Shown here: positions 11,828-24,282 of the stretch, piece by piece
How the letters are laid out: each line of letters begins with the position of its first letter
Numbering within the stretch: the stretch's first letter is position 1
Assembly: GCA_003990765.1 (NCBI GenBank)
Contig: RBNJ01000128.1
Coordinates: forward strand, 1-40,072
Length of the DNA stretch: 40,072 nucleotides
Reading direction: 5' to 3'
Origin: Jimgerdemannia flammicorona
Taxonomy: Eukaryota
Notes under the pieces: model-generated
What the model saw: only the letters and a program-made list of their open reading frames with translations
What the model was told of the DNA's origin: nothing
The model's database searches: none
Translations under genes and position numbers: made by a program

Positions 11828-12373
11828 GTCAGAACTAAGCTCAAGAATCTCTGATTTTATAATGATAGAAAAGAAGACTTAGAAGTATTTGCAACAAGAT
11901 TAGAAACTCTTCTGAATACTATAGGAGTAGAATATAGCTGATGAGAACAAACAGTAAATGGAACCAGAGTAGCATACTTCTTTAATACTATCTCTGGATG
12001 GTTTAAAAAAGATCTGAGAGCAAGGATAATTCTATAATTATCTATAAACAATAGTGCTTAGGATAAGCCATTACTAGAGTATATACTATCTTAGGCTCAA
12101 TTACTAAGAGATAATAGAATAACAATAATGGAGACAAGAAATATTAATTTAAAAAGAAATTCAAACCTCAGTATGACTCTTCAAAATCACAAAGAGAATT
12201 CAAGAAATTGTCTGATAAGGAAATGAAGGAACTTATAAAGAAAGGAGCATATTTTTACTACAAAAAGAGAGGATATATATCTCACAAATACTCTGACAAG
12301 AAGTCCAATATAAACAAAGAACCATCCTCCTCACATACTATTACTATAATAAGAGATAACTCTAAAGAAATCT

Positions 12374-12777
12374 AAGGTTAAGAGATTCTACATTATAATA
12401 AAAATTTCAAATAAAGTATATAAATCTGATACTGATTATGATCTCTACTCAAGTATAGAAATAACCATTAAATCAGGCAAGCAAGCAATTATTAGTATAG
12501 GTATTAGCATAGAAGTTTCCAAAGGAATCTATATTTATCTTGCAAAAAAAAGTAGTCTGACTAAGAAAGAAAGACTCTATATAACTAGAGGAGTTATAGA
12601 CTAAGGATTTATAAGTAAAATCAAGGTCCTACTATACAATACTGGACAGAAGACTATCAAAATTATATATAGAAACTAAATCATCCAAATCATTATTAAG
12701 AGAATATATAATAACTTTGAAGTCAAAGATAAACTATCACTCTCAGATAGAGGAAAAAAGCTTTTGGATCAACAGAG
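12374..12777 (+). pseudogene. dut: Decayed trimeric dUTPase domain of element A (upstream of protease)
   Basis: KVKRF...KSDTDYDLYSS (motif I), AKKSSLTKK (II), RGVID*GFISKIKVLLYN (III), IQIII (IV) and SDRGKKAFGST (V). Confidence 0.8.
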
Positions 12778-13110
12778 AAGTACTCTAATAAGGCCAAGAA
12801 GAAGATCAAGATACAGAAGATTATTTACATTGAAGAATCTTAAGACTAAGACCAGAAATAATACCAGTATATTGCTAATGAATATATCTCAGCAGGATGA
12901 TATTCTTATAGAATCAAGATATACTATTTGGAATATATATATAGGAGAATATATTATATATATCCTTGAATTCAAGAAGAATAAGCCAACTATTTCAGAA
13001 TAATAAGATGAAGAAACCAAGAATATCAATGATGAAGATAGAGATACATAAGATTGGAAAGAAGAAGTCTCTCTAGAAATAATTGCTATCTAATAAGAAA
13101 GTAATCCCAA

Positions 13111-16100
13111 TACCTTTCTCCAGTATAATTCAGATTATACAAAACTTCTGACAATAATTTCAACATTGTTTTTGAAGAAAAGATAATAGTAACATAGTAA
13201 CTGATAGATAATCTGAGGAGCATATAGAGCAGGGCAGCCTCAGTATATTTGACTGGTAGTATGTAGGAGGAGGTATGGCTTGGGGCTTATTGGGCTCTCT
13301 CACAGATAGGAGAGGGAGTGGAAGAGGCAGAGCTGATAGATAGAAGACTGAGAGAGTGAGCTTTGCAGACAAGGTCAAGGCAGAGTATCTATTAATAGGA
13401 TTGAAGAGATAGCTACAAGAAGGCAAGAAGAAGGAGGAAGCAGCTGGGTCTGGTAGAGTGGCTCAAGGTAGTAAGAGTAGTAGGGCTGGAGGAGTAGAGA
13501 CTAAGGAGAGTGGGACTGTTAATAGAGGGGAGACTACTAATCTGAAAAAAATCTAGATATGATAGCTGATAGTAGATCTGAGCAGGGGGGGGTACAAGGT
13601 CTGGAGACTTGGCTAATAGTATAATGAGTCTAGTGACAGCACTCTTACTTAAGAAATTAGTATTCAAATTCACTATCACATTGTGTTTTCAGAACTTAGC
13701 AGTTATAGCAAAAATGATTTTGGAGCTTCTAGCTCAAGAGGTGAAGAGAGCAGCCTTAGTGAAGTTCTTAAAGAGATTGGAAGGAGTAGAGGTGGGCTTT
13801 AAGGAGAAGAATTTGATACTGAGAGCATTGGGGAAAAGAGTAGTAATGGAGGGGTGGCAATCTCTATAGCTTGGTACTTATGATGAGACCTCTGGGTGAT
13901 TTAGTTAGTAGTGGAAATTGTACTTATAGTGAAGAAGGAGGTGACCAGGAGGCTGATTATTAATGCCATCATATAGAGATATTATAGATGTTGGATTCAG
14001 AGTCTAAGAGAGTATAGAGTTTAGAACAGAGGATATAGATATCAGAGAAAGGCTGGCAGGTAAGGAGAATACTGAAAAAGAAAGAGATTGGTCAGCAGCA
14101 CTTAAGTAGAGTCCAGTAGAGTGCAAGGTCTTAAGGGTGAAGAGGATGCTAGAGGAGAAGGAGGACCTGTTAAAGATATTAGAGGATCTGATTAGTATTG
14201 TTGAAAGGAGAAGATTGGCCTAGAAGAAGTTGAGACTAAGATAGTAGTAGAGATTATAAATGGCAAGAGAGTACAACTGGAGCAGAAAGTCTAGAAGAGG
14301 GCTCAAGGGAGGCAGTGATAGAAAGATTTGTTGGTGAATTTGAAAGAGAGGGCTGAGAGAGAGAAGATCACTGAAGAAGCTGGATCAAGAGTGAGTACCT
14401 GGACAGGTGAGGATAGAGCAGCTTTAGAGATAATCCTGGTAAAGAGTAGGGATCCAGAGTGGAGTATGATGGCAAAAGATGAGGTGATGGAAGAGGGGAG
14501 AGGGGACTCAAGTACAGTATAGGATATCTACAGAGAGAGGAGAAACTGATAAGCTATAAGATATACTAGAGGAGGATTAGGATGAGTCAGTGAGGACAAA
14601 TACTAATGGCAGTCAGAGAGTTGAGAGACTGGAGGTGGTCCTGGAAGTGGATAAGGCTGTGGGAGATAAGAGATAGTTATGGAAAACTCTGACAAATATT
14701 GTGGCTGAGAAGTTAGGTGAGGTGGATTTTTATATTATTAGTGAGAGATAGTGGAGCAATATCTTACAAAGAGAAGAGATGGTGCAAAAGCTCCAGAATG
14801 AGTTAATGGCAGTCCTGCTAGAGGCTGAAGAGTATGAAGTAGATAATGGCAGAGAGGCAGCTCTCCTAGTAATTATAAATAAATGTACATCCTATCTATA
14901 GGGTCTCAGAAAGAGATTGGCAAAGTGGCAGGTAGTGTACAAGAAGTACAGGTCTTCTATGGAAGCAAGGATGGTGAGGATTGTCAGGAGATTCTGAAGA
15001 CACTGGATGCTTAGTAGGAGGAGGCAGATGAGATTGAGGCAGAGAGGAACCTAGATGTGGTGGGTGATATAGTGAGTATAGAATTGTAGAGTGAGAGATC
15101 AAGCTTCAAACATTATTCAATATAAACAGTACAATTAGAATCTTCTCTTTAAATGTCAATAGATAGAGAGATATATGTAGTGAGATATCAGAATATTTTT
15201 TACTGACTGAAGGGACTGGATACTGATCTGATCTTACTGTAGGATATAAGATCCAATAAGGACTTGAATATGCAAGATTAGATGAAGAAATGGGGGGGAG
15301 TGGCTGTGTGGAGAGATAGAGTAGGTATTCTAGTTTGAAAGGACAAGGGGGACATTGGGGACATTGGACACTGGAGAGGTAGAGTGGTGTGGAGAGTATG
15401 AAGGAGACCAGGCTGGAGTCCTTTGACTGTTGGATCATATTACTGCCCAGCAAAGAGGGGGATACACTTGAAGTAGATAAGAGAATTACAAGATGCAGAG
15501 GTAATGATAGAGGTAGAGATAGACTATTTGGGTGGAGACTTTAACATACATAGTTTGTAATGGATAGTTGGACAGGATAGATGAGAGGAGGGAGAAGGCT
15601 GACAGGAGTGAGAGAATGGAAGATTGGGAGGAGATTGAAAGGCTGAGCTCTCTGGTGGATGCAGGGTAACTTGGGTGAAGAGATCATAGGGTCTACACTT
15701 ACTGAGTAACTGGGCTGAGCTCAAGGATTGACTGGATCTTAACTGCTGAGTGCTGGGGAAGAGATGTCTGGGAATCTTTGCAGATAGTTTGGTGTCTGTG
15801 ATCAGATTACTGGAGACTTCTAGAGTATGGAAGGTTTGAGGGAAGTGGGGAGGGGCCTGGACATTGGTGTCTAAATGTATCCTTACTGGGAGAGTCCTCC
15901 TTGTAGGATGTATAAGTAGAGAACATTAGTATCTATATCCTTAATTAGAGGGAGAAAGGGCTGGAGATAGGAAATTACTGGTGGCAGTTGAAATTGGAGG
16001 CTCAATAGTTCTGGAGAGAGAAAGGGAGAATGAGGAGTACTCAAAGGAGGAGTCAGATATGGTGGGTCTCCTAAAGGTTGAAGTTGTTGGTGATATAGGC

Positions 16101-18851
16101 TGAACTGCTGAAGGATAGAGAGAGAGGATATTGGAGAGTTCAGTGAGTCCAGCTTGAGATGGAGAAACTGAAGAAGCTACTGAGACAGAAAGAGAACTTA
16201 CAGGTTAAGGGTATGGTAGCTCAGTTGCAGTGGTAGGGCTTGGAAGAAGGGGAGAGGCCTATGAAGTTTCTGTTGAGGATTCTTTAGGTAAGAAGAGTGA
16301 GACAGCAGTGGAAAGGAGTATTGAATGAGACAGGAGAGATAGTGGTGGGGACTCAGGAGACCTTGGATCAGTTGAGTACTTAGTGGAGACAATTATAGAG
16401 TGAGGAGAAGAGTGGAGAGGATGCACTGGACATTAAATGTCATTTGGAAGACTGGCACCCAGATCTAGCAGAGGGCTTGTGGAAACTCAGAGTATTAGTC
16501 AAAGGAGAGGAGATCTGTCAGGTGTTAGTAATGATAAGTCTTGGGACAGCTCCTGGAAGGACAGATTACTCTGGGATTTCTAGATGAGAATGGCAGACAT
16601 TGAGTTAGTCTTGGAGGAGATAATGTAGATATATTATAAAGTTATTAGCTTAGGGACTTGAATTGAGAAAGCACTTAGGCCTTGTAGCTCTATTGTATAA
16701 GAATAAAGGAAGAAGGGAGAAGTAAAAGAACTAGAGGCCAATTATGCTTCTGGACATAGATTGTAAGTTAGTCATAAAGATATTGATAGCTTAACTATAG
16801 AGAGTAGCTCAGCAGGTGCTGGGGGAGGAGTAGCAGGACTTTGTCAGTAGCTATCTAATAAGGAATGAGATAGTATAGATATATAGTATCATTGAGGGAG
16901 TAAGGGCTATAGGGGTAGATAATTATCTGGTATTTCTGGACTAGGAGAAAGCCTATGACAGAGTCCAGTGAGTATGGCTAGAGAGGGTACTAAAGTACAT
17001 TAGAGTTCTCCCAGAAGTTTGGTGATCTTTGGTCAGTCTGTTAGAGGAGAGTCAGATAGCTATCCTGATGAATGGCCACAGAGAGATTTTGTTCCCCCTG
17101 GGCAGAGGAGTGCTACAGAGGGACTTGCTATTACTGATCCTTTATGCCCTCTACTTGGAGCCTCTATTAGACAGAATTCAGTATAAGATAGAAAAGTTGA
17201 ACATTCTTGGGGTGAATTGAAAGATGGGGGCCTTTGCTAATGATATGGTGGTTGGACCTATAAAGGATGTGGCAGTATTGAAGAGAGCTGTGGAATAGTA
17301 TGAGGAGTACTCTAGAGCTAAGCCTAACTGGCACAAGTGTGAGACAATGATGTTTAGTAGAGGGATAGTAGGTGGGGACATGATTGAAACAGTTGTTCCA
17401 GCAGAGGAGATGGTGTGATATTTAGAGATATACTTCTCAGTATATAGTTCCCTATTATCTAAGGAATGGTGGGGGTAGTAGTTAGTGGAGTGGAGGAATA
17501 TGCTTCTGGGGTAGAGAGGACAGTATATCTCTCTAGCTAGAATAGTAATAGTGTTGAACATATACTGGCTGCTAAAGTTGTAGTATCTAGGATATCACTT
17601 GGACTTTCTGAAGTAAGTAGTCAGGAGGCTGTTGAAGATGGTCAGGACCTAGACATGGGCTGGATAGAGGAGTCAGATTGGATGGGAGGTTTTGATATTA
17701 CTAGTAGACTAGGGGGGACTGGGTCTAGTAGACTTTACCAAGTATTTACACTGTTTGTAGGCATAGTAGCTGAGATGATCTAGTAAGCTGTGGGGTTGAG
17801 AGTGGGTGCCCCTAATGTAGAGAGTATGAGAGGTGCAGTTCTCTCTCCATGACATATCTGGTAACTTACTTTCTCTGGTGATATTGAAGGAGAGCTAGAA
17901 GATGTACTTTATGAGATTCTAGTAGAGAGTGGTTGATAGAGTATATCATATTGGTCTCTACTGGTAGAGTGATGAGAGGGAGATAGACTGGGGACCTCAG
18001 ATGTAAAGGTGGGACTGTCTTTTGCTGGGAGGTATGCAGGTGATTGACTTCTGTTTAGAGGATAGTATAGAGTGCTTGTAAGAGCATGGAAGAGATTTAT
18101 GGTCAGAGGCTTGACAGGGGGTAGAGATTGGTGAAGAGTGGAACTGAGATAGTATTTGGTTATAGAGTAAGCTGGTGGTATAGTTAATTTCTCCCAAGTT
18201 TTGGATAGCTTGATGGAGGCTTCTGCAGTATAATGTGATGTTGAATTTTCAGTCAGAACATCTGATGAAAGGAGGTACCTTGGAGTGTGAAGAGTGCTTG
18301 AATATTGAGTAAAATAGGAAAGTGATACAGACCTCTGAGCATTGGCTGGGGGAGTGTGAAGTGATGGGGGACTTTTAGAGGACAATTGAGAGTCAGATAG
18401 GAGTATACTCTCCTGGGCTAGTGGTGGAGGAGAGGTGGGGGGATCTCCAGAGGAGATTGGTGAGTAGAGTTGATAATGAGTAAGTAACTGTTGAGTATTC
18501 TAGCTATTTTGATTGAGCTTATCAGATATTAGCTGTATGTGATTGAGAATGGTCAGCAGTTGGTGCTTGGGATACAGGTTATGAGGTAGGAATGGCTGAT
18601 ACTAGAGCTTTTGAATAGTTAGTAGCAGGGTGGAGATCTGGAGAGAGGCTCTAATAATAGTTTATAGAGAAGATTTGTAGGCAGAGTGGAGAGAGGATTG
18701 AAGTAGTGGGGGAATAGTGATATTCCAGAGAGATGGAGAGAGAGAGAGAGCTCCTTATAAGATTGAGTGAGGGGTTTGTTCATCTGTATTAGTATAAGTA
18801 TGACATAGACTAGATGATAATAAAGTGGAATAATAATAATAATAATAATAA
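13111..18851 (+). mobile_element. Full-length decayed L1-like LINE, copy 1 (ORF1 + APE-RT-ZnF ORF2), (AAT)n tail
   Basis: ORF2 from ~15122: IFSLNVN, GGDFN and RIDWIL (APE); FLD*EKAYDRV, GRGVLQRDLL, AFANDMV and YLEIYF (RT); CEEC...EHWLGEC zinc finger near 18290-18360. The (AAT)n tail runs 18829-18855. TSD taatcccaa lies at 13102-13110 and 18852-18860. Confidence 0.9.
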
Positions 18852-19290
18852 TAATCCCAAATACTTCTACCTATAAAGAAACCCATGTTGAAGTCCTTAT
18901 TGACAATAGAACAAACAAGTGCTATCTTGATAAGAAGACTGCCAATAAGTTCAGACTCAATATATAAAGAAATCTAAAAGAAAATATTACTATATTTAAA
19001 AATGGAACAATATGGAAACTCTCTAAAATCTGTCCTATAACTAGAAATACTATAAAGCAGACCTTTTATATTGTATATCCTCCAGAACACAATCTCATTC
19101 TTAGAAAATCATGGCTTACTCAAGAAAATCCTTGTATTAACTAACTAGCAAACTAATATAATCTCTCTAGAATATATCAAGCTATAGCTAGAACAGATTA
19201 AGAAAAAAGTGAAATCCAAGTACAACATCATCTCTGCTATTCAAATAAAGAAGCTAATCTGGAAACTGAGTAGTTTATATATATATATAC
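18852..19290 (+). mobile_element. Element A continuation: decayed aspartic protease
   Basis: Removing the LINE and one TSD restores LLSNKKVIPNTSTYKETHVEVLIDNRTNKCYLDKKTANK (D-S-G motif decayed to DNR). Downstream NLILRKSWL is the DLILGxxWL flap motif. Confidence 0.75.
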
Positions 19291-21750
19291 TATCAAGAAA
19301 GTCTAAATTTATTTCTATCTTCAGATTCTTCTACTTCTTTTGTAATAGATTTCTTACTACTGATATACTCTTCCTGGATAGTGACCTTCTTCTTTCTTTT
19401 TGACTGCTTATAGCTGGTTACCTTGATTCTATACTTCTTTCTCCTATAGTTGAATTTGAGCATCTTTTGGCCAATTTCAATGACTGTATGCATTTATTTC
19501 ATCTAGTTGATATCAGAATCATATCATAAGTGACAGCTTTAGTAACAACAGCTTTTAGAATAGAAAACTGGATGTGTCTCAGAAAGATAGTAATGTTTTG
19601 TACTTCTCTAAGAAGTTGAGTTTGGGCTTCATCTACTACTATGATACTGAGATTAGATAGTCTATCAATGGGCCACTGAAAGGTATCTAGGAATTATTTG
19701 ATAATAATACAGATAGCTGCTCCTATATCAATGAGGATTTTCACCTTTTGTCCTCTAATATCTCTATATAGATATGTGCTGATATATCTTTCTATAGCCT
19801 GAATAGTGGTTGGGCTAGTTCTTATTGAGAGATTAGAACTTGGCCAGTACTATACCTTATAGTTCTTAATAGTTTGTTTTAAACTCCAGCAGGTATTAGT
19901 TGCAAGAACTGCAAGAGAGAGACTTCTATCTTGACTTCTTGGATCTTTTATTAGGTTTTATTGTAGATATCTCTGGGCATAGTCTTTGAGATATACTTCT
20001 TTTTAGATTTCAGAACAATAGGCTCTCATTCTTCTTGCTCTATTTCTTTATTCTTTAATAGTAGTTTATTTATTTTAGAAATAAAAGGTAAGAGAGATTG
20101 TGGAGGTATTTCAATCTGCTCTTTTTTATATTTTTCATCCTCTTTCTGAATAATTCTTCTGTTGGTATTTCTGGATGATCTTTCTATAGGTCTCTTTATT
20201 TTCTCTACCAGATAAACTATCTTTCTAGTAATAACCTTGACTGGGTATAGGTCTAGGTCACTATAATGTTGCTTTCCTTTTCAAAGTCCTCAACAGAGTG
20301 AGCTTTGGTCTTCTTTTACTAGATTTCATTCTTTTGATTTGATAGTTCTAAGTCTCTTTAATCACTTCTTCTATTGTTATATTCTGTAACACAGTATCCA
20401 AACTGTCCATAGTAGAAGTATTGGACTTGAGCTCTATCCCAGACAGAGTACCTTCTTTCTTCTTATAGCTGGTAACTCCTATTATCTCTGAGTAGGTAGT
20501 TTTGGGTTTTTGTAATATATACTCTCTGTTGTCCTATAAGTAGCTCTGATTTTCATATGTAGTAAGTTTTTCAATCTGTCCAACCAATCAGTCTAACTTA
20601 GAGTTGAGGTCTTAGATTTTTTTTTTTTCTTTCTTCTATTTTTTGACTGACTTTTCTTCTTCAGATCTTTCTTGTCCTTGGAGAAGTCCTTGTAGAATCT
20701 TAACTAAAAGGACTTTCTTGTTATCCTTTTTGTTATAATCACTTCAGATGGTTCCTTATTTGATATTGAAAAATTCTTGGGCTGTATCTACTTGTTCTTT
20801 AGGTCTTCTGATATCTAGGGTGTAGCAATGTTTAGGAAAATCTCATTTATAAAGATCATTGGGTCTATAATATCTTTATTGATAGCATTGAAATCTGGCT
20901 GCATGCATTCTCTTTTGAATTCTCATGAAGAATACTCTAGGTGATTCTTTGAGATTCATCTTTATCTCTATAATAGATTCTTAGACCTTATAGTGAATTT
21001 TATTTTCTACATATTTCTCTATAAGTTAATAGATCATAGTCTCATATTCTGCTTCTCAGATTGCTGCTATATAGATGGCTAATCTAAAGTCTGAATGTAC
21101 ATTACTTACTATCTGATTAAAAATTCCCTTGGCTAGTTCTCTGAGTTGAGTCTTATAGCTGACAATTTTTCTCTTAGCAGAAAGGTTCTTCAAAGCTGTA
21201 ATTTCTTCAATTCTATCAAGAAATTTCCTTGAGTCTTCTTTTGAGTATTCAGCAAAAGTTGGAATTAATATGGCTATTTTATTATTACTATCTTCTGGTT
21301 CCAATTCTGATTCTAATTTTGGTTTTGATTTACTTTCTGAATTATTGCTAAAACTGAAAATACTTGAGTATTCTGAAAATAGTATTGCTGATATCAGATA
21401 AAGTTCAGTGGGTCTGGGTAACCTTGAAGAGTCTATTCTTAGTCCTTCTGGTTCTGTGATTACTGGTTCTGATAATGGTTCAATGGGGGAGACTGATGAG
21501 ACTTCTGAGGAAAACTGAGCCCATACAATGAGATCTTTGAGTTCTTGTGCAAGCTCATTGAAGTTTCTAACAGAGCTCTGTATTGTTCAGTTGATCTGGT
21601 TGATTTGGTTGATCTGAGGATAAGTTGGTTGATACTGGTTGAGGATTCTATACTTTACTGACTTCTGGTTAAGATTCTTCTAATATTGGATAATGAGTAT
21701 ATCTTGAGATAATTACTTCTCTTTCTGTCCAAAAACTGATAATGATTTGT
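19290..21750 (-). mobile_element. Decayed Ty3/gypsy fragment C (gag + protease)
   Basis: Gag-like IPTFAEYSKEDSRKFLDRIEEITALKNLS (ORF 21056-21304). Protease IRGQKVKILIDIGAAICII lies at ~19700-19760. Boundaries are approximate. Confidence 0.7.
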
Positions 21751-21763
21751 TCCCCTATATTAG

Positions 21764-22142
21764 TAGTATTCTCAACAAATTAAATCAAATCAAATTTGAC
21801 TCAAATTTAATTCAATTTGATTAAATCAAAGGTCTAATTCAATTTAATTTAAATTAAATCAAAGGTTCAATTCAATTCAAGATTCAATTTGAACTCTTTT
21901 TTTGAAATGTAATAACTCAATAAAAATATGTCTAAATTAACAAGTTAAAGATTGTTAAATTTGGATGTCTTTTCATTAAGTTATTATATTTTTAAAAATA
22001 GGGTTTGAATTGGACTCTCAATTTGATTCAAATTTAATTTGATTCAAACTTAATTCAAATTGAAAAATCCCCAATTTGATTCAATTTGAATGACTCTCAA
22101 TTTGATTCTATTCAAATTGATTCAATTTATTTAGGAGTACTA
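21764..22142. mobile_element. Foldback MITE copy 2, inverted relative to copy 1
   Basis: TIRs tagtattctcaacaaat / atttatttaggagtacta, with flanks tatattag / aagattag. The internal aaaaatccccaatttgattcaatttgaatgactctcaatttgatt is the reverse complement of copy 1 sequence near 11520-11567. Confidence 0.75.
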
Positions 22143-23249
22143 AAGATTAGTATTAAATCAAATATATCCATTTTGGATGTTAGATTCTGTGAGCTAAAAA
22201 GTCATATAGATTTATAATCTTTCTAGTTGAGCCTCTAAATATAATATATTAGTTCAATAGAGGCAAATTACAAGATTGAGAGCACTATATAGTTGGCTTG
22301 AGCTCCCAGTTACTTTGTCAAAAGTAACAAAATATTCAATAATTCCTACTATTGATATTTAGTAGCATAAAAGTCAAATCTAAATACAGCAGTTAATTTC
22401 TTTATTGGGATAGATTCTTAGATATAGTAGTGATTTATATAATAGTCTTTATATAGTGTGATAGATTTCAAAATTAGACAATTTCTATATAATGATCTTG
22501 TTTTCAAAAGAATTATGTAAGCAGATTTCTTTAATAAGTAGATTGATAGATAACACAATTTAATAGATAACTCAGTTTGGTACAGATTCTCCTAAATTAG
22601 CAGACTTCTTGAATAATAACTCAGATAACTTAAATTCTCTTCTTAACAAAGTTATATTAGAGACTAGTTTCATTTATATAAGATTATATCAAGAGACTGA
22701 CTTTACTGCAAAGTTGTAGCTTTTTCTTAAGTAGCAGATTTCTCTTCAAAGCTTTATATCAGAAAGTAGACCAGAGTGAAAAAGGAGAACTAAGCTCACA
22801 ATTTCCTAAAAGTAGCTTTTGAGCAGGCTTTTCTTCTAAGTATTGCAATTCTTCCTAGATTAAGTAACTTTTGATAAATATATCTCTTAAAGTATAATAG
22901 ACAAACTTGTCTTTTACTTTGAAACTTTTCAGACTAAGATTTATTTACTCTTGTCTCTGAGGTATTTTATATAAATTGATTACTACCTAGTTACTATATA
23001 GCTAAATATAGATTTACTATTCTTAGTAATATTCAGATATGTCTATAGGATATGAGTGTATCTGCAAGACATATATAAGTGTATCTATAGCATAAAGATA
23101 AATATACTGTTTTTAGATAGATTAGATTATTTATATAGATAGTAATATGGTTGAGTAACTATATAGATAACTATACTATATAAGGGTTTATATTATCTGA
23201 TTTATATTATCTGGTTATATTATGTTATTTACTCATCATACTATAGATG

Positions 23250-23327
23250 ATTTTTGATATACTTTGAGAATATAAGCTCTCAGAAAAAAGAAAGAAGTAC
23301 TACTTCTTTAAGAAGAAAATTAAATAT
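23250..23327 (+). mobile_element. Old Ty3/gypsy RT fragment, left of element B insertion
   Basis: KLSEKRKKYYFFKKKIKY joins in frame to LGYIVS after 30032. Confidence 0.7.
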
Positions 23328-23783
23328 TGTAATGTAGCGGACGCTTACTCTTGAAAGTATGTCAGATTTCTGTATCTTGAAAACTTGACTGTTCTGACTC
23401 TTGCAGAGTCTCTTGAAGTTGCAGGGGAGAGTGGGTGAGTTCAAAGTGTATCTGCCCGCAGGCTTACTAGTTCCTTTGCTATCTCTTTGCTTTGAACTAT
23501 TTCGATCTGAGGTTTATTCACTTGAAGATACTGGGTTATTTATACAAGTTTGCTAGCTATGAGATGGTTACTGGGTTACATAGCTAAGTTATGAGTCATT
23601 TAACACTTTGCAAAGTATTTTGCCAGTTGCAAAATGCTATACTATATCAAGAAGCTCGATCTTGCACTTTGTGAAATATTTAGCAAATGGCGGAATCAAG
23701 GACTGCTAACTATGTGGCTATACTACTTTGGGACTAGTGTCTGTTCCCTATTTCCTTCTTCTGAATCTGGCTATACCATCATA
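23328..23783 (-). repeat. 3' LTR of element B (456 bp)
   Basis: Direct repeat of 29562-30028. The differences are mostly CpG transitions plus one 11-bp indel. Confidence 0.95.
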
Positions 23784-23793
23784 ACTTTCTCCT
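23784..23793 (-). promoter_or_regulatory. Polypurine tract of element B
   Basis: Minus strand aggagaaagt abuts the 3' LTR. Confidence 0.7.
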
Positions 23794-23874
23794 GAATAGA
23801 TGATCTCATCCTTAAAGCATCTATTCAAACTCCCAGGCTTCAACGGTCTGTATGGTCTTGTATTGCATGATTTG

Positions 23875-24282
23875 TTACATTACTGTTTCCCAATGGTATC
23901 GCCTGACTTGGTTGAAGTCTGAGGGAGTCACTCCTCGCAGGTGGGCTAGTGCTGATTCATCCTCTTGGAATAGCTTGTAGATTCTCTTAGCAATGGTGAT
24001 CTGGAAATAGGAGAGCTGGCATTCTGTGACCCAATTTTCTTTGGTCATTTCTGGGTCTTGGTTGAGTACTTGGCCAAGTTTGAAGTACTCTTGGAATTCA
24101 TTTCGATGCTGATAGACTTTGAAGTGTGAGATCTGAGAGAGACGAGTCTGCACGATGCTTTGGATACTATCATAAGACTCCTCTATAGTTAGAGGCTCAG
24201 TGGTGCACCATTGTCTCTCGATGGCTCTTTGGGCAGCACTAGTGATCTTGAGTGCCATCACAGTACTTTTGTTACTAGCCAT
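23875..24282 (-). CDS. Accessory ORF3 of element B, unknown function (135 aa as it stands; may originally have run on towards the PPT)
   Basis: ATG-initiated and open for 135 codons despite hypermutation. The ATG overlaps the last pol codons. No hydrophobic TM segment. A homolog lies at 38350-38857. Confidence 0.75.
   Translation of the reverse strand: MASNKSTVMALKITSAAQRAIERQWCTTEPLTIEESYDSIQSIVQTRLSQISHFKVYQHRNEFQEYFKLGQVLNQDPEMTKENWVTECQLSYFQITIAKRIYKLFQEDESALAHLRGVTPSDFNQVRRYHWETVM

Larger units (their letters stand above)
10150..13110 (+). mobile_element. Element A internal region: decayed gag with CCHC knuckle, then dUTPase
   Basis: The knuckle remnant YFYYKKRGYISHKY (12250-12291) corresponds to CFYCKKxGHISHKC after transitions. 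The region is interrupted by a MITE at 11485 and a LINE at 13111. Confidence 0.7.

Noticed and set aside
13160-18385. Minus-strand Ser/Pro/Leu-rich ORFs across the LINEs (also 30600-36909)
   Set aside because: Antisense to purine-rich LINE ORFs; compositional artefacts.
23875-24282. env gene or chromodomain
   Set aside because: Too short for Env, with no signal peptide, furin site or TM helix; lacks the chromodomain Y.V.W.G....WEP pattern.
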